Part shown: positions 51,212 to 60,725 of the stretch, piece by piece
How positions within the stretch are numbered: the stretch's first letter is position 1
Layout of the letters: each line of letters begins with the position of its first letter
Position numbers and translations under genes: made by a program
The notes under the pieces: generated by a model
Seen by the model: only the letters and a program-made list of their open reading frames with translations
The model's database searches: none
Told to the model about the DNA's origin: nothing
DNA from: an uncultured Acidobacteriota bacterium
Lineage (GTDB): Bacteria; Acidobacteriota; Vicinamibacteria; Vicinamibacterales; UBA2999
Reading direction: 5' to 3'
NCBI GenBank assembly: GCA_963734095.1
Contig: CAVTGK010000019.1
Location: 11,213 to 75,212 of the forward strand
Length of the DNA stretch: 64,000 nucleotides

Positions 51212-51728
51212 TTACGTCGGCCATTCAGCGTCGGGTTTGCCGAACCATGCCCAGGCGATGTAGTCCACGAGTGGTGGCTCGGCGCCGAGTTTCCCTCAAT
51301 CGAGTGTTGACTTGCCCTCGGTGATAGGTGGTGTGGCTCGTGACCTGAAAGCAGGTATCCGCCAGCGTCGTCGCATGTGGAGTCGTCCCCAGACGGTCGG
51401 CGATCATCTGCGCCCACGGCAGATTCATCGGCGCCGTAAGGCTCTCGTCAGTAAGACCTTGAACAAAAGTCGCCATCTCTTCGTACAGGGGCTGCGCCCA
51501 GGATCGAACGGCGCCCAGCGTCTCGAATTCCTCCGCTCGTTTGAACGCGTCGGTCACGGGACGGCTGGTCCACGCCGAGAAGAAGGCACGCTGAACCACG
51601 TGAATGTGGACCAGCAACTCTCGAAGCCGCGTGTCGGGTTGTCCGCTGAGGGGAGTGGCCTTCCAGACCGTGGCATCCGCCCACTCCATGTGACGGTACA
51701 ACTCCATCAACGCCGGTTGAGACCACAT
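51212..51728 (-). CDS. DinB family (damage-inducible) protein, one frameshift near the 3' end
   Basis: ORF 51225..51728 (LYRHMEWADATVW...LVHIHVVQRAFF...SHTTYHRGQVNTRLRE). Removing one base from the TTT run at about 51290 gives LGAEPPLVDYIAWAWFGKPDAEWPT with a stop at 51212. Confidence 0.75.
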
Positions 51729-51764
51729 CGCTGAAGCATACCAAGGCAGCTATCATCGGGCAGC

Positions 51765-53465
51765 ATGCTCGATACACTGCGCCAACTCCGGGCGGTGCTC
51801 ACGGTCGACGAGCGGCGCCAATGGCTAGGCCTGTTGCCCCTTGCCGCGTTGGCCGTCCTACTCGAAGCCGCGGGCGCCGCAGCGCTCGTCACCTCCATCG
51901 GCCGAGCGCTCGGGACACCAGGAACCGCAGGTCAGGCGGCCTTTCTGGCCGTCTTGCTGACCGCGGTCTTCGTGTTGCGGGGCGCCGTGATGGCCGCCGT
52001 CGTGAAACGACGGGAGCGAGCCGTTGCCGAAACCATCAGCCGCTTGACCGCGCGGATGCTCGACGGCTACCTCCGCGCGCCGTACCAGACCATGATCGAC
52101 CGCCACTCGTCGCTGACGGCGCAGCGTGTGACCCAGACCGTCGAGCAGGTCGTCACGCTCAGCCTGGTCGGAAGTTTTACCGTTGCGATTGAGCTCTTCG
52201 TCGCGGTTGCGGTCGTGATCGTGCTGCTGATTGCGACGCCGCTGGCCGCCCTGTCGGCCGTCGCCGCGACGACGGCTCTCGTGGCGGGGGGACTGATGCT
52301 GGTCAGGCCGCGGTTTGCGACCTGGAGCACACAACAGCTCAACCTGCACCAGCAATCGATGAAGGAATTGCAAGAGGGGTTTGGCGCCCTCGCCGAGCTC
52401 AAGGTTCTGGGGACCGAGCCGTTCTTTCATCAACGGATTTCCAACGACCGCCGTAGCCTGGCGATGCTCCAGGCCCGTCGTCGAACGCTCGCCGAGCGGC
52501 TTCGGATCGCAATCGAAACGACCGTGCTCGCAGCAATGCTGCTGTCGGTGGTCGTCGTCGTGCTCGATGGCATGTCCGCCGCCACTGCGGTTTCGGTCCT
52601 CGGGCTGTACACGTACGCCGGACTGCGCCTCGTGCCCTCGGCCAACCGCATCGTCGCCAATATCGGGTTGGTGCGCTCGGGTCGGGCCTACCTGTCGGAT
52701 CTGCATGATGAATGGCAATGGCTGTCGCTGCTGCCGCCCGCATCCGCTGAGGCGCCATTCCCACTCCGACTCGACTCGACGATTCGTCTCGAGAATGTTG
52801 GCTTCGACTATCCAGAAGCAGAGCGGGTGGCAGTCCGCGACCTCGAGATCACGATTCGCCGCGGTGAGGCTATCGGCTTGGTTGGGCCGATCGGTGCGGG
52901 CAAGAGCACCGTGATGAAGCTTCTACTCGGATTGCTGCGACCGACCCACGGTCGAATCCTGGTCGATGGGATCGACCTTCAAACGCGTCTGGCCTCCTGG
53001 CAGCGTGCGCTAGGTTATGTGGCCCAGAAACCGTATCTCATCGCTGACACCATCCGTCGAAACATTGCTTTTGGTCAGCCAGAAGTCACGATCGACGAAG
53101 GCGCCGTCCGCTGGGCAATACACACCGCCGGACTTGATCCCGTGGTGGATCGCCTCCGCGATGGCATCGACACCGTGCTGAGCGAGGGTGGCGGCGGCCT
53201 CTCTGGCGGCGAGCAGCAGCTGCTCGCGATCGCCCGCGCGCTCTATCGTCGGCCGGCGATCCTGCTGCTCGACGAACCCGCCGCGTCGCTCGATCCCGTC
53301 TCACGATCCACGATCGACAGCGTCCTCGCGGCGTTGAAGGGTAACGTGACCATCGTAGCGGTCAGCCATCGTCCCGATGATCTGCCGTGGTGCGACCGAA
53401 TCCTCGAGATGCAGAGTGGACAGCTGGTTGGCTCCGATTACCGGCCCTCGCAATTCCAGAGATGA
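51765..53465 (+). CDS. ABC exporter, fused TMD-NBD half transporter (MsbA/type-I exporter-like)
   Basis: Intact 566-aa ORF with six predicted TM segments, then GPIGAGKSTVMKLL (Walker A), LSGGEQQLLAIARAL (signature) and ILLLDEPAASLD (Walker B). Confidence 0.85.
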   Translation: MLDTLRQLRAVLTVDERRQWLGLLPLAALAVLLEAAGAAALVTSIGRALGTPGTAGQAAFLAVLLTAVFVLRGAVMAAVVKRRERAVAETISRLTARMLDGYLRAPYQTMIDRHSSLTAQRVTQTVEQVVTLSLVGSFTVAIELFVAVAVVIVLLIATPLAALSAVAATTALVAGGLMLVRPRFATWSTQQLNLHQQSMKELQEGFGALAELKVLGTEPFFHQRISNDRRSLAMLQARRRTLAERLRIAIETTVLAAMLLSVVVVVLDGMSAATAVSVLGLYTYAGLRLVPSANRIVANIGLVRSGRAYLSDLHDEWQWLSLLPPASAEAPFPLRLDSTIRLENVGFDYPEAERVAVRDLEITIRRGEAIGLVGPIGAGKSTVMKLLLGLLRPTHGRILVDGIDLQTRLASWQRALGYVAQKPYLIADTIRRNIAFGQPEVTIDEGAVRWAIHTAGLDPVVDRLRDGIDTVLSEGGGGLSGGEQQLLAIARALYRRPAILLLDEPAASLDPVSRSTIDSVLAALKGNVTIVAVSHRPDDLPWCDRILEMQSGQLVGSDYRPSQFQR

Positions 53466-54647
53466 TGTCGCGACCAAGGGCGCCGAAACCGAACGCTGCG
53501 CTGCAAATTGTTCAGCTCAATCTGGCGTACGACAGTTCGCTGGCCAGTCCGGAAACGCTTCTCGAGACTTACCACACGCTGACCGGATGGAGTCGCGCCG
53601 TCGGCCGCGCAGGGGCCACGGTGCACGTCGTTCAACGCTACTCGCGCAACGCTCGACTGGATGAGGGCACGGTCGCGTATGAATTCGTCGGTGAGGGCGC
53701 AGATGGCACCCCCGCGCCCTGGACTTGCTTTGATCGTGTGCTGGGGGCTGTCGAAGACGCTCGGCCAGATGTCGTTCACGTCAATGGCTTGATGTTTCCA
53801 GGGATGGTAGCCGCGCTTCGAAAGAGGCTCGGGCAAGGTGTCGCGATCGTCCTACAGGACCACTCGGGTCACGTGCCGCGCGTACTGGCGCCCTTACGCG
53901 TGTGGACGACCAGCCGATGGGGGCGGGCTTTCGGCGCGGCGGATGCAGTGACGTTCACTGCCCGCGAACTGGCAGACCGGTGGCATCGCGTGGGGCTTCC
54001 TCGTGACATCACCGTCCTTGAAATTCCGGAAGCCAGTACGGAACTGGAGCCCGCACCCGGAGCGGCTCGCACCGGCGCCGACCCTTCCCTATCGATCCTG
54101 TGGGTCGCCCGCCTCACTGCAGAACAAAGATCCGATGACCGCATTGGCGGCATTGGAGTTGGCGTTGCCCGCCCTCCCACACGCACGCTGCGCGATGGTG
54201 TTCCAGGGCGGTGAACTGGAGACCGTTGTCACCGAACGAATTCGGGCGACGCCCATGCTGGCCGGCCGTGTCATCCCCATTGGCAGAGTGCCCCACAACG
54301 CGCTACCTTCCTACTACGGCGCGGCGGACGTTTTCCTGAGCGCGAGCCATCACGAGGGAAGCGGATACGCCCTGATCGAATCCATGGCTTGTGGCGTGAC
54401 CCCCTGCGTCACCGACATCCCGGCCTTTCGAGCGCTGGCCGGAGAGTGCGGACGCCGTTGGCGTGTTGGCGATGCGCATGCCGCGGCGGCGGCACTGATC
54501 GATCTTGCCGCTGGCAATCAACAACACGCACGCTTGATGGTTCGCGCACGCTTCGAACGCGCGTTGAGCTGGGACGTCATCGGCAGGCAGACCGTGAGCG
54601 CGTATCGAGCTCTGTCAGAACAACGACGGGAGGGGACATCGCGATGA
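53462..54647 (+). CDS. GT4-family glycosyltransferase, one frameshift
   Basis: ATG at 53462 overlaps the exporter stop. ORF 53387..54214 (IVQLNLAYD...VVHVNGLMF) joins ORF 54003..54647 near 54100 (YYGAADVFLSASHHEGSGYALIESMACGVTP, the E-x7-E type motif). Confidence 0.75.
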
Positions 54648-55762
54648 AGATCGCCATAGTCGTTACCGGTGGCCTGCATCCCAGCGGATCGGAACAGGTT
54701 GTGCCGGCCTGGCTGTGGCTGATTCAACGATTGTCAGCTGCCAACGAAGTGCACGCGTTTGCGTTGCGCCACCTGCCCGAACCGGCGCAATACCAGCTCG
54801 CCGGCGCCACCATTCACGACCTGGGCCGACCCGAGGGGCGATGGGCACAGTGGAAGGCGCTTCATCGCGCGTTGATCACAGCGGGGCCATTCGATGTCAT
54901 TCACGGGTTCTGGGCCGATCCGGCTGGCACGCTCGCGGCGGTCGCAGGCCGCCGTCTCGGTATCCCGAGCGTCGTGACGTGCGACAGCGGCGAATTCAGC
55001 TCGATACCCGCAGTCGGTTACGGCTCCCAGCAGTCGGCGCCCGGCCGCGCAGCCGTGGCGCTAGCTTGTCGTCTTGCAACCCGTGTGCATGTTACGACCC
55101 GGTTCATGGAGACGCGGGCAGCTCCGTACGCCGCACACGTCGCGCGGATCCCAATCGGTGTTGACCTCGAGTCCATCTCAGCCCCCGCCAGCCGTTCCGA
55201 TGGGCCACCCTGGCGTCTCCTCCAAGTGGCGAGCCTCAATCGTGTGAAGGATCAATCGACATTGCTCGAGGCGGTTGCGATTGCTCGGCGCAGTATCAGT
55301 ATCAAGCTCGACCTGGTCGGCGAAGACACGCTTGGCGGAAAGCTGCAACGCGAGGCAACGTCCAACGGACTCTCTGGAAGCGTCACCTTCCATGGTTTTC
55401 AGCCGCATGATGCGGTCATGCGCTTCTACCGATCGGCCCACCTGTATGTCCAGTCGTCACGTCATGAAGGTGGCGGCATCTCGGTACTCGAGGCGGCGGC
55501 CGCGCGCCTTCCGATCGTGGGGACACGCGTGGGGCATGTGAGCGATTTCGAGCCGCACGCCGCCGTCGCCGTGCCGCCCGGCGACGCCCACGCGCTTGCT
55601 GACGCCATCGTCCGAACACTTCGCGATTCCCTTGGGCGCCGGACGATTTCCGCACGTGCGAGGCAGTTTGCGGAATCCCATGACGCCAACTGGACGGCGC
55701 AGCAATTGCTCGCGCTGTACAGAATCGCTCAAACAGCCACAATCGGCTTAACAAACCCTTAA
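54644..55762 (+). CDS. GT4-family glycosyltransferase
   Basis: ATG at 54644 overlaps the upstream stop (ATGA). MKIAIVVTGGLHPSGSEQVV...LYVQSSRHEGGGISVLEAAAARLPIVGTRVG. Confidence 0.8.
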   Translation: MKIAIVVTGGLHPSGSEQVVPAWLWLIQRLSAANEVHAFALRHLPEPAQYQLAGATIHDLGRPEGRWAQWKALHRALITAGPFDVIHGFWADPAGTLAAVAGRRLGIPSVVTCDSGEFSSIPAVGYGSQQSAPGRAAVALACRLATRVHVTTRFMETRAAPYAAHVARIPIGVDLESISAPASRSDGPPWRLLQVASLNRVKDQSTLLEAVAIARRSISIKLDLVGEDTLGGKLQREATSNGLSGSVTFHGFQPHDAVMRFYRSAHLYVQSSRHEGGGISVLEAAAARLPIVGTRVGHVSDFEPHAAVAVPPGDAHALADAIVRTLRDSLGRRTISARARQFAESHDANWTAQQLLALYRIAQTATIGLTNP

Positions 55763-55799
55763 CAGGGCCTGTCCCCCGATGACAGGGACTGTCCCCCGG
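55762..55799. repeat. ACAGGGCCTGTCCCCCGATG + ACAGGGACTGTCCCCCGG (2 copies)
   Basis: The first copy is identical over 20 nt to 36365-36384. It fills the convergent gap between the GT4 stop (55760-55762) and the radical SAM stop (55804). Confidence 0.9.
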
Positions 55800-55803
55800 A
55801 CCT

Positions 55804-56937
55804 TCACACGCTTGCCCACACCGGCAATGACAGCGAGCAGACGCAGCGCTGGCACGTGGCATTCGTCCGAACGTCCAGCGTCCGGCGAAAGGCGATCGCC
55901 TCGGTCGAGTTCAAGACAACGTCGAGGGATGAGTTGGCGCTGGATGGATAGAACGGATGAAAGAAGCAGGGCCTCACGCGATTGTCGGGCTCGAGCACAG
56001 CCGACGTCCAGGGGGCATTGCAACGCACGTCCGGAAACGCGCCATGTCCCAACAAGGCGCGAAAGTACTCGAGGATGCGCCAAAGAGAGGGCATCCCACC
56101 GGCAATGAAGCCGCTGGCTACCAAATCCCGACAGCTCGCCTCGACCGCGCGAATCGATCGTTCGAGCGCCAGCAGCTCATCGTCGGACAGCGCCACCTCA
56201 CTCCGCCGTGCAGTGTCCCACGGCTCGGGACGATTGAACGCCATCGAGCTGACGTCGGCCGCAAGAAATGACAGACGATCGACGCCGAGCCCGTGAACGG
56301 CTCGCGTGGTTTCGCTAAGACACGCGTGGTTCAATCGCTGAACAACGCTGCGGACGATGATCCTCGGGCGCGCTGGTGCAGCCGCCAATACTTTGCGCAG
56401 GCCCTTTTCGATGCGATCGAATGCGTGCGGCACGCGCCGGATCTCGTCGTGCACGTCCGGCGGTCCGTCGATCGACACCACGAGATCATCGATCGCTCGC
56501 GCGATGGAGTCGGCATGAGGTTCGACGAGTAGTCCGGTCGTCACCAGCGTGACGCGGATGCCTTCGCGGCGCAGCCGGTCGCACAGGACCCAGAGATTGC
56601 GATGGAGGAGCGGCTCGCCGCCGGTCAGCATCACGCGCTGCACGTGCAGCCGACGGATCGCGTCGATATGGCGTTCGAGCTCGTCGAGGCCAATCTCGCG
56701 CTTGTCGGCGTTGGCCTTCCAGATGTCGCACATCACGCAGCGGCAGTTGCAGGCGCTGTGGACCGACAGCGCGAGGATCGGCAGCGACCGCAGCTGACCG
56801 CTCCATCCTCCGACACTACGTCTGACGATCTCGGTGACTGGAACCATAGCGTCAACTAAAGCCAAGGTGCCGGAGCAAGCGTCTGGAAGCGCCAACCTCG
56901 AGGCAACTATCCGAGGCAGCCCACGAGGCACACGCAC
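55804..56937 (-). CDS. radical SAM protein with C-terminal SPASM/twitch-like Cys-rich domain (alternative start ATG 56847)
   Basis: SVHSACNCRCVMCD (Cx3Cx2C), VMLTGGEPLL, and C-terminal CNAPWTSAVLEPDNRVRPCFFH...ATCQRCVCS. Confidence 0.8.
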   Translation of the reverse strand: MRVPRGLPRIVASRLALPDACSGTLALVDAMVPVTEIVRRSVGGWSGQLRSLPILALSVHSACNCRCVMCDIWKANADKREIGLDELERHIDAIRRLHVQRVMLTGGEPLLHRNLWVLCDRLRREGIRVTLVTTGLLVEPHADSIARAIDDLVVSIDGPPDVHDEIRRVPHAFDRIEKGLRKVLAAAPARPRIIVRSVVQRLNHACLSETTRAVHGLGVDRLSFLAADVSSMAFNRPEPWDTARRSEVALSDDELLALERSIRAVEASCRDLVASGFIAGGMPSLWRILEYFRALLGHGAFPDVRCNAPWTSAVLEPDNRVRPCFFHPFYPSSANSSLDVVLNSTEAIAFRRTLDVRTNATCQRCVCSLSLPVWASV

Positions 56938-57038
56938 AGCATCTCGCCAGAGGCCTGGTCGTCCCGCGCGAAGCTGTGACGGGGGCGCTTCGTGGCGGCC
57001 GTTGACCTTGTTCCATCCTCAAGGAGCCTGGAGCTTCG

Positions 57039-58556
57039 CTAGAAGCCACTGGTCTCGGGCCGCTGGTATGGAAGCAGACGCTGCAGAAGCCGCAGCTCGA
57101 GCGGGTAGCGATACCATCGCAGGCGGTAGCGCCAGGCGCTGGCGGCGTGCAACACGAGACGGGCCGCGCGAGTGAGCCCACGGTCCGTCACCGTTGGATA
57201 GTAGGCATTGAGCACGCGCTCGAAATCGTGAAGTTCGCGCCGCAGCGGCTCCTCAATCCAAGGAAGGGTCCCGCTTCGGCGCTGAGAAAACTCGCGCCAT
57301 GACGAGCTGGTCCACTCCTCGAGCGTGTTCGGAAAGCGGAACCCGGCTGCGGTGGCCTGCTCGTACAGGTTGCCCTGCAGCGGCACCGGCGTATAGAGGT
57401 ACATCACGATCTCCGACGCAGGGTTGATGCGTTTCAGTTTCCTGATAAACGCCAGCGTCTGGCGTGCATCATCCTCCGGATCCGGAGGATTGCCGACCAC
57501 GAACGAGAACTCGGGCACAATCCCGTGTGATTTCATCAGCGCCGCGATCTCGAGCGTCTTGTCCGCTGATGCCGTGCCCCCTTTGCGCATGCGCTGCAGC
57601 GTGGCATCAGACCCTGACTCGGCTCCCAGATACACCATCCGCAGCCCGCTGGCAGTCAACAGCCGCCAGGTGCGTTCGGACGACTTGAGGAGGGTGTCCA
57701 CCCGCGCTTCGCCCCACCACCCGATTCCCAGCGGACGGATTCGTTCGGCAAACTCCACAGTACGATCTTCATGAACAAAGAAGTTGTTGTCGTAGAACTC
57801 GACAGCGTTGACACCAAAGCGATCGACCAGCTCACGGACTGTTCCAGCCGTTCGCTCAGCGGACTGAGGGAGCCAGGCGCCGTTCACCATGTTGACCACT
57901 GCACAGAAATTGCAGAAGAACGGGCAGCCGTAGCTGGAATGGTGTGGAATCGTCCGATCGCCCATGAAGGTGCGGCGGATGTAACGCGACATGTCCACGC
58001 GGTGATAGGGAAAGGAAGGCAGCCGTTCGGGGTGTGGAATGCGGGAAAGACCCGAGTCCACAACGTGGTCCGTCTGCCGGTCGCGATAGGCAACGCCAAT
58101 CCGATCAGTCGGCTCCGCGCCACGCGTCAGTTCGCCGACAAGATCGCGAAAGACCAACTCCCCGTGGCCGCGCACCACGAAATCGACGAAGGGCGCCTGC
58201 AGGCACGTGGCGACGTGTTGCGTCGGGAAATACCCGCCCCAGACGATTTGCAGCGTCGGATGCCGCGTCTTGAGTTCCCGACAGAGCGGAACGGCGTCAT
58301 CGAGCTGCGGGCCGGGCATCACCGTGACACCGAGGACTGCTGCGCCGGTTTCGCGAATCTGGCGGTCCAGTTGCTGGAGCGGACGTGGCTCGATGTTCCC
58401 ATCGACGATCAGATAGTCCTCGTGCCCCTCAAGGACAGCGCCAAGCGCCAGCAGAGACATCGGCAGGATCGGCTTCCGGGTCGCCGAGCTGCGCGGATTG
58501 TAGAGGATGATCATCCGCGCACTTTCGCGAAGCTCCGCCTCAAGCCGTCGGAACAC
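57039..58556 (-). CDS. B12-binding-domain radical SAM protein (class B), paralog type 2 (D)
   Basis: Intact ORF. N-terminus MIILYNPRSSATRKPILPMSLLALGAVLEGHEDYLIVDG with the rSAM cluster SSYGCPFFCNFC and YLGAESGSDATL. Closest in-window relative is 60725..62143. Confidence 0.8.
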   Translation of the reverse strand: MFRRLEAELRESARMIILYNPRSSATRKPILPMSLLALGAVLEGHEDYLIVDGNIEPRPLQQLDRQIRETGAAVLGVTVMPGPQLDDAVPLCRELKTRHPTLQIVWGGYFPTQHVATCLQAPFVDFVVRGHGELVFRDLVGELTRGAEPTDRIGVAYRDRQTDHVVDSGLSRIPHPERLPSFPYHRVDMSRYIRRTFMGDRTIPHHSSYGCPFFCNFCAVVNMVNGAWLPQSAERTAGTVRELVDRFGVNAVEFYDNNFFVHEDRTVEFAERIRPLGIGWWGEARVDTLLKSSERTWRLLTASGLRMVYLGAESGSDATLQRMRKGGTASADKTLEIAALMKSHGIVPEFSFVVGNPPDPEDDARQTLAFIRKLKRINPASEIVMYLYTPVPLQGNLYEQATAAGFRFPNTLEEWTSSSWREFSQRRSGTLPWIEEPLRRELHDFERVLNAYYPTVTDRGLTRAARLVLHAASAWRYRLRWYRYPLELRLLQRLLPYQRPETSGF

Positions 58557-58584
58557 AGGGCCCTCCGAAGGCTGGCTTCATGTG

Positions 58585-59322
58585 TCATCGCTCGGGCCTT
58601 TGAAGATGTCCGCGTGCAGCCGGCGCGTCTGGGCCGATCTGATACACGGTCAGCACTTCGCTCTTCAAGTCACGTGTGCACACAGCCGCGACGCTCAACC
58701 CGCTGGAGCGAAACGCGTCGAGGGCACTACTTGTATTGGCCTCCGTTGACAACACGACGAGCGCTGCGCCCTCGGGAGTGAGGTGGTCAGCGAGACCGCG
58801 GGCGAACCGCTCGATGACGTCTCCCCCTCGGAACGCCCGATCGAGCAGGCCGCGCGGCGTACCTGCGAGGTACGGCGGATTGAACAGGACGAGGTCGAAC
58901 CGCTCGCCGCGAACCGGCTCGAAGAGATCGCCTTCGCGGATGTCCACCCGCGCCTCGACGCCGTTGAGCAGGACATTGATGCGAGCGCAGCGGACAGCCA
59001 CGGGGTTGATATCGACCGCCACGACCCGCGCGGCCTCACGGGCGGCGACCACCGCACTGAGTCCGGCCCCCGTTCCCATGTCGAGCACCGCCGATCCGTT
59101 CGCCAGTCGCCCCTCCAGCGACTCGGCGAGGAACTCTCCGGCTCCGAACAGCTTGGGATTGATGACTTGAGGCAGGACGACAATCGGACGTCCAGCCACC
59201 TCCTCCAGCACGAGGCGATCGTGGCGGTGACGGTGGAACAACTGAAAGCGCCACCACAGCATGCGGCTCCAGGCGGCGCGCGACAACCGCTCGGCCATCG
59301 GCGCGTAATTGACCGTCATCAT
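58585..59322 (-). CDS. SAM-dependent methyltransferase, HemK/MTS-like with NPPY motif
   Basis: ATG at 59322 overlaps the upstream stop (ATGA). Motif I is VLDMGTGAGLSAVVAA. Also VAVDINPVAV and LVLFNPPYL, the NPPY amino-methyltransferase motif. Confidence 0.8.
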   Translation of the reverse strand: MMTVNYAPMAERLSRAAWSRMLWWRFQLFHRHRHDRLVLEEVAGRPIVVLPQVINPKLFGAGEFLAESLEGRLANGSAVLDMGTGAGLSAVVAAREAARVVAVDINPVAVRCARINVLLNGVEARVDIREGDLFEPVRGERFDLVLFNPPYLAGTPRGLLDRAFRGGDVIERFARGLADHLTPEGAALVVLSTEANTSSALDAFRSSGLSVAAVCTRDLKSEVLTVYQIGPDAPAARGHLQRPER

Positions 59323-60725
59323 GGGTAACCCGCTCCGCGACCCTCGGAAAGCGTCATCCCGATCCGACCCACGACCGCCGAGGTCGCCGCGCGTGCCGCG
59401 CGTGCGTAAGCTCCCCGTTGCCAATACTGATGCCGCGCCACCTCACCACTGATCCACCGACGGGCGAAGTCGTAGTACCGCCGCGACGGACGATTGGCGA
59501 TGTTCAGATCTCGGTCGGTGGTCTCCGCCCAGGATCGGGGCGCCGCCAGGTGGGACGACACCTGGTCGTAGTACGGCGTCCCCTTGATGGGATACGACAC
59601 GGTCGTCAGAAAGATGTCAGGGGCCGTACGCTTCAGGTGCTCGACCGTCGCGCGCAGGTCGTCCGTGCGCTCGCCGTCGTAGCCCAGCATGATGAACATG
59701 CCAACCTCAATGCCACGCCGTCGCAGGCGCGCGGTCGTGTCGACGACTCGCTCGATGTCCACCCGACGCTGCATCGCGTCAAGGATTCGCTGCGATCCGC
59801 TTTCCGCGCCGATCCACACTCGCCAGCAGCCGAGATCGCGAAAGGCGTCGGCCACTTCGTCGTCGATGCGCTCGGCGCGTGAAATGCACTCGAATGGCAG
59901 GTGCAGCCCGCGCCGCTGCAGCTCCGCAGCGTAGGCGAGCGTCCATCCGCGATGAATGCCGAACACGTCGTCCGCATACCAAAGCCGATCGGGCCGGTAC
60001 CGTGTCCAGATCTCTTCAACTTCGTCCGCCACGTTGGCGGGCGACCGTCGCCGATGGGTCGTGCCGAAGACCGATCGACTGCACCACGTGCAGGTATAGG
60101 GGCAACCGCGCGCCGTGATCAACGACACCGGCCCGAAGCCGTGATGCTCCCGCCATACGGCCAGGTAGCGCGTGAGATCGACGGCGGCACGATCGGGAAA
60201 GGGTTGGCGGTCGAGATCAGGAATGAGTACACGGGGAGGGGTCCGGATCACTGCAGACCCGCTGGCCAGCCCCAGATCTCTCGAAACAATGCCGGGAACA
60301 GTCGCCAGCGCCGCGGTGTCGCCGGAGAGAAGATGCGGCAATAGCTCTTCGAGCGTTTGCTCCCCTTCACCGATGACCACGACGTCGGCGCCGGCATCGA
60401 GATACTCGGCCGCGTAGTGCGGCGGATCCGGGCCGCCAACGACGACACGTGCGCCCGCGGCCCGTGCGATCGCGATCATCCGCAGGGCGTGACGCTTGGT
60501 CATCAAGTTGACGGCGATCCCCACAACCGGTGGACGCTCCCGGTCGAGAGTGCGCCGAAAGTCGTCGACCGTCTGGAAGGTGCTATCGAAGACGCCAACG
60601 TTCACGCCGCGCGCCTTGAGATATGACGACAGGTACAGGAGCCCAAGCGGCGGATGCGGCCGCATGATGCTTTGCTCGTCGGCGTCTTCCGACAGAAAAA
60701 ACCCGTGTGCCAGCAACAAGTCCAT
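59319..60725 (-). CDS. B12-binding-domain radical SAM protein (class B), paralog type 1 (C)
   Basis: ATG at 60725 (MDLLLAHGFFLSEDADEQSIMRPHPPLGLLYLSSYLKARGVNVGVFD). TARGCPYTCTWC and WIGAESGSQRILD. The longer ORF start at 60896 would overlap the upstream gene. Confidence 0.8.
   Translation of the reverse strand: MDLLLAHGFFLSEDADEQSIMRPHPPLGLLYLSSYLKARGVNVGVFDSTFQTVDDFRRTLDRERPPVVGIAVNLMTKRHALRMIAIARAAGARVVVGGPDPPHYAAEYLDAGADVVVIGEGEQTLEELLPHLLSGDTAALATVPGIVSRDLGLASGSAVIRTPPRVLIPDLDRQPFPDRAAVDLTRYLAVWREHHGFGPVSLITARGCPYTCTWCSRSVFGTTHRRRSPANVADEVEEIWTRYRPDRLWYADDVFGIHRGWTLAYAAELQRRGLHLPFECISRAERIDDEVADAFRDLGCWRVWIGAESGSQRILDAMQRRVDIERVVDTTARLRRRGIEVGMFIMLGYDGERTDDLRATVEHLKRTAPDIFLTTVSYPIKGTPYYDQVSSHLAAPRSWAETTDRDLNIANRPSRRYYDFARRWISGEVARHQYWQRGAYARAARAATSAVVGRIGMTLSEGRGAGYP

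Noticed and set aside
55763-57038. Looked for a cobalamin riboswitch or other leader RNA associated with the B12-dependent radical SAM operon.
   Set aside because: The operon's 5' end is outside the window. The internal gaps (55763-55803, 56938-57038, 58557-58584) are too short and show no B12-box-like sequence that I could recognise by eye.
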